Assembly: GCA_013265495.1 (NCBI GenBank)
Contig: MU061579.1
Location: forward strand, 1,393,159 to 1,417,217
Direction of reading: 5' to 3'
Length of the DNA stretch: 24,059 nt
Source of the DNA: Vicugna vicugna
Taxonomy: Eukaryota
Made by a program: the position numbers and the translations under genes. Shown in pieces: positions 23,742 through 24,059 of this stretch. Every line of letters starts with the position of its first letter. Within the stretch, counting starts at the first letter, position 1. The notes below the pieces were generated by a model that saw nothing but the letters and a program-made list of their open reading frames with translations, searched no databases and had not been told where the DNA came from.

Positions 23742-24059
23742 TTTTTTTTTCTCTGTGATTTATCATAACATTTTGTGTATATTTCCCTGTGCTATACAGT
23801 GTAATCTTGTTTATCTGTTCTACAATTTTGAAATCCCAGTCTATCCCTTCCCACCCTCTACCCCGCCCCCCGCCCCGGTAATCACAAGTCTGTATTCTCT
23901 GTCCACGAGTCCATTTCTGTCCTGTATTTATGCTTTGTTTTTGTTTGTTTGTTTGTTTTTGTTTTTTAGATACCACATATGAGCGATCTCATATGGTATT
24001 TTTCTTTCTCTTTCTGGCTTACTTCACTTAGAATGACATTCTCTAGGAGCATCCATGTT
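23742..24059 (-). mobile_element. L1 3' end (ORF2 terminus and partial 3'UTR), runs off the window
   Basis: Reverse complement aligns by eye with 8201-8495 (atggatg.tcctagag...gccagaaagagaaagaaa...gactgggattt...ctgtatagcacagggaaata). Confidence 0.92.

Overview
AT-rich, CpG-depleted mammalian non-coding DNA (intronic or intergenic). I cannot support any host protein-coding exon, structural RNA gene or CRISPR array. The short ORFs in the track are chance ORFs or transposon remnants. The L1 3' UTRs resemble the cetartiodactyl type, and from memory most closely camelid L1; this is an inference. The window is a fossil record of transposons: three solo LTRs (ERVL MER76/77-like, two MaLR MLT1), a near full-length decayed Tigger1 with both terminal inverted repeats (TIRs), a MER58-like hAT MITE, three L1 pieces, MIR/L2 relics and microsatellites. 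The most interesting points are atypical element structures. (1) A polyA-tailed L1 joins ORF1 plus spacer directly to the last part of ORF2. (2) An internal L1 ORF2 fragment with no 3' UTR is flanked by a 15-bp target-site duplication (TSD). (3) About 190 bp of unrecognised sequence carrying a CTCF-like motif replaces part of the Tigger1 3' end. (4) A telomere-like palindromic insert sits in the MITE. I found no convincing novel gene system. All repeat family names come from recalled consensus sequences and need Dfam/RepeatMasker confirmation.
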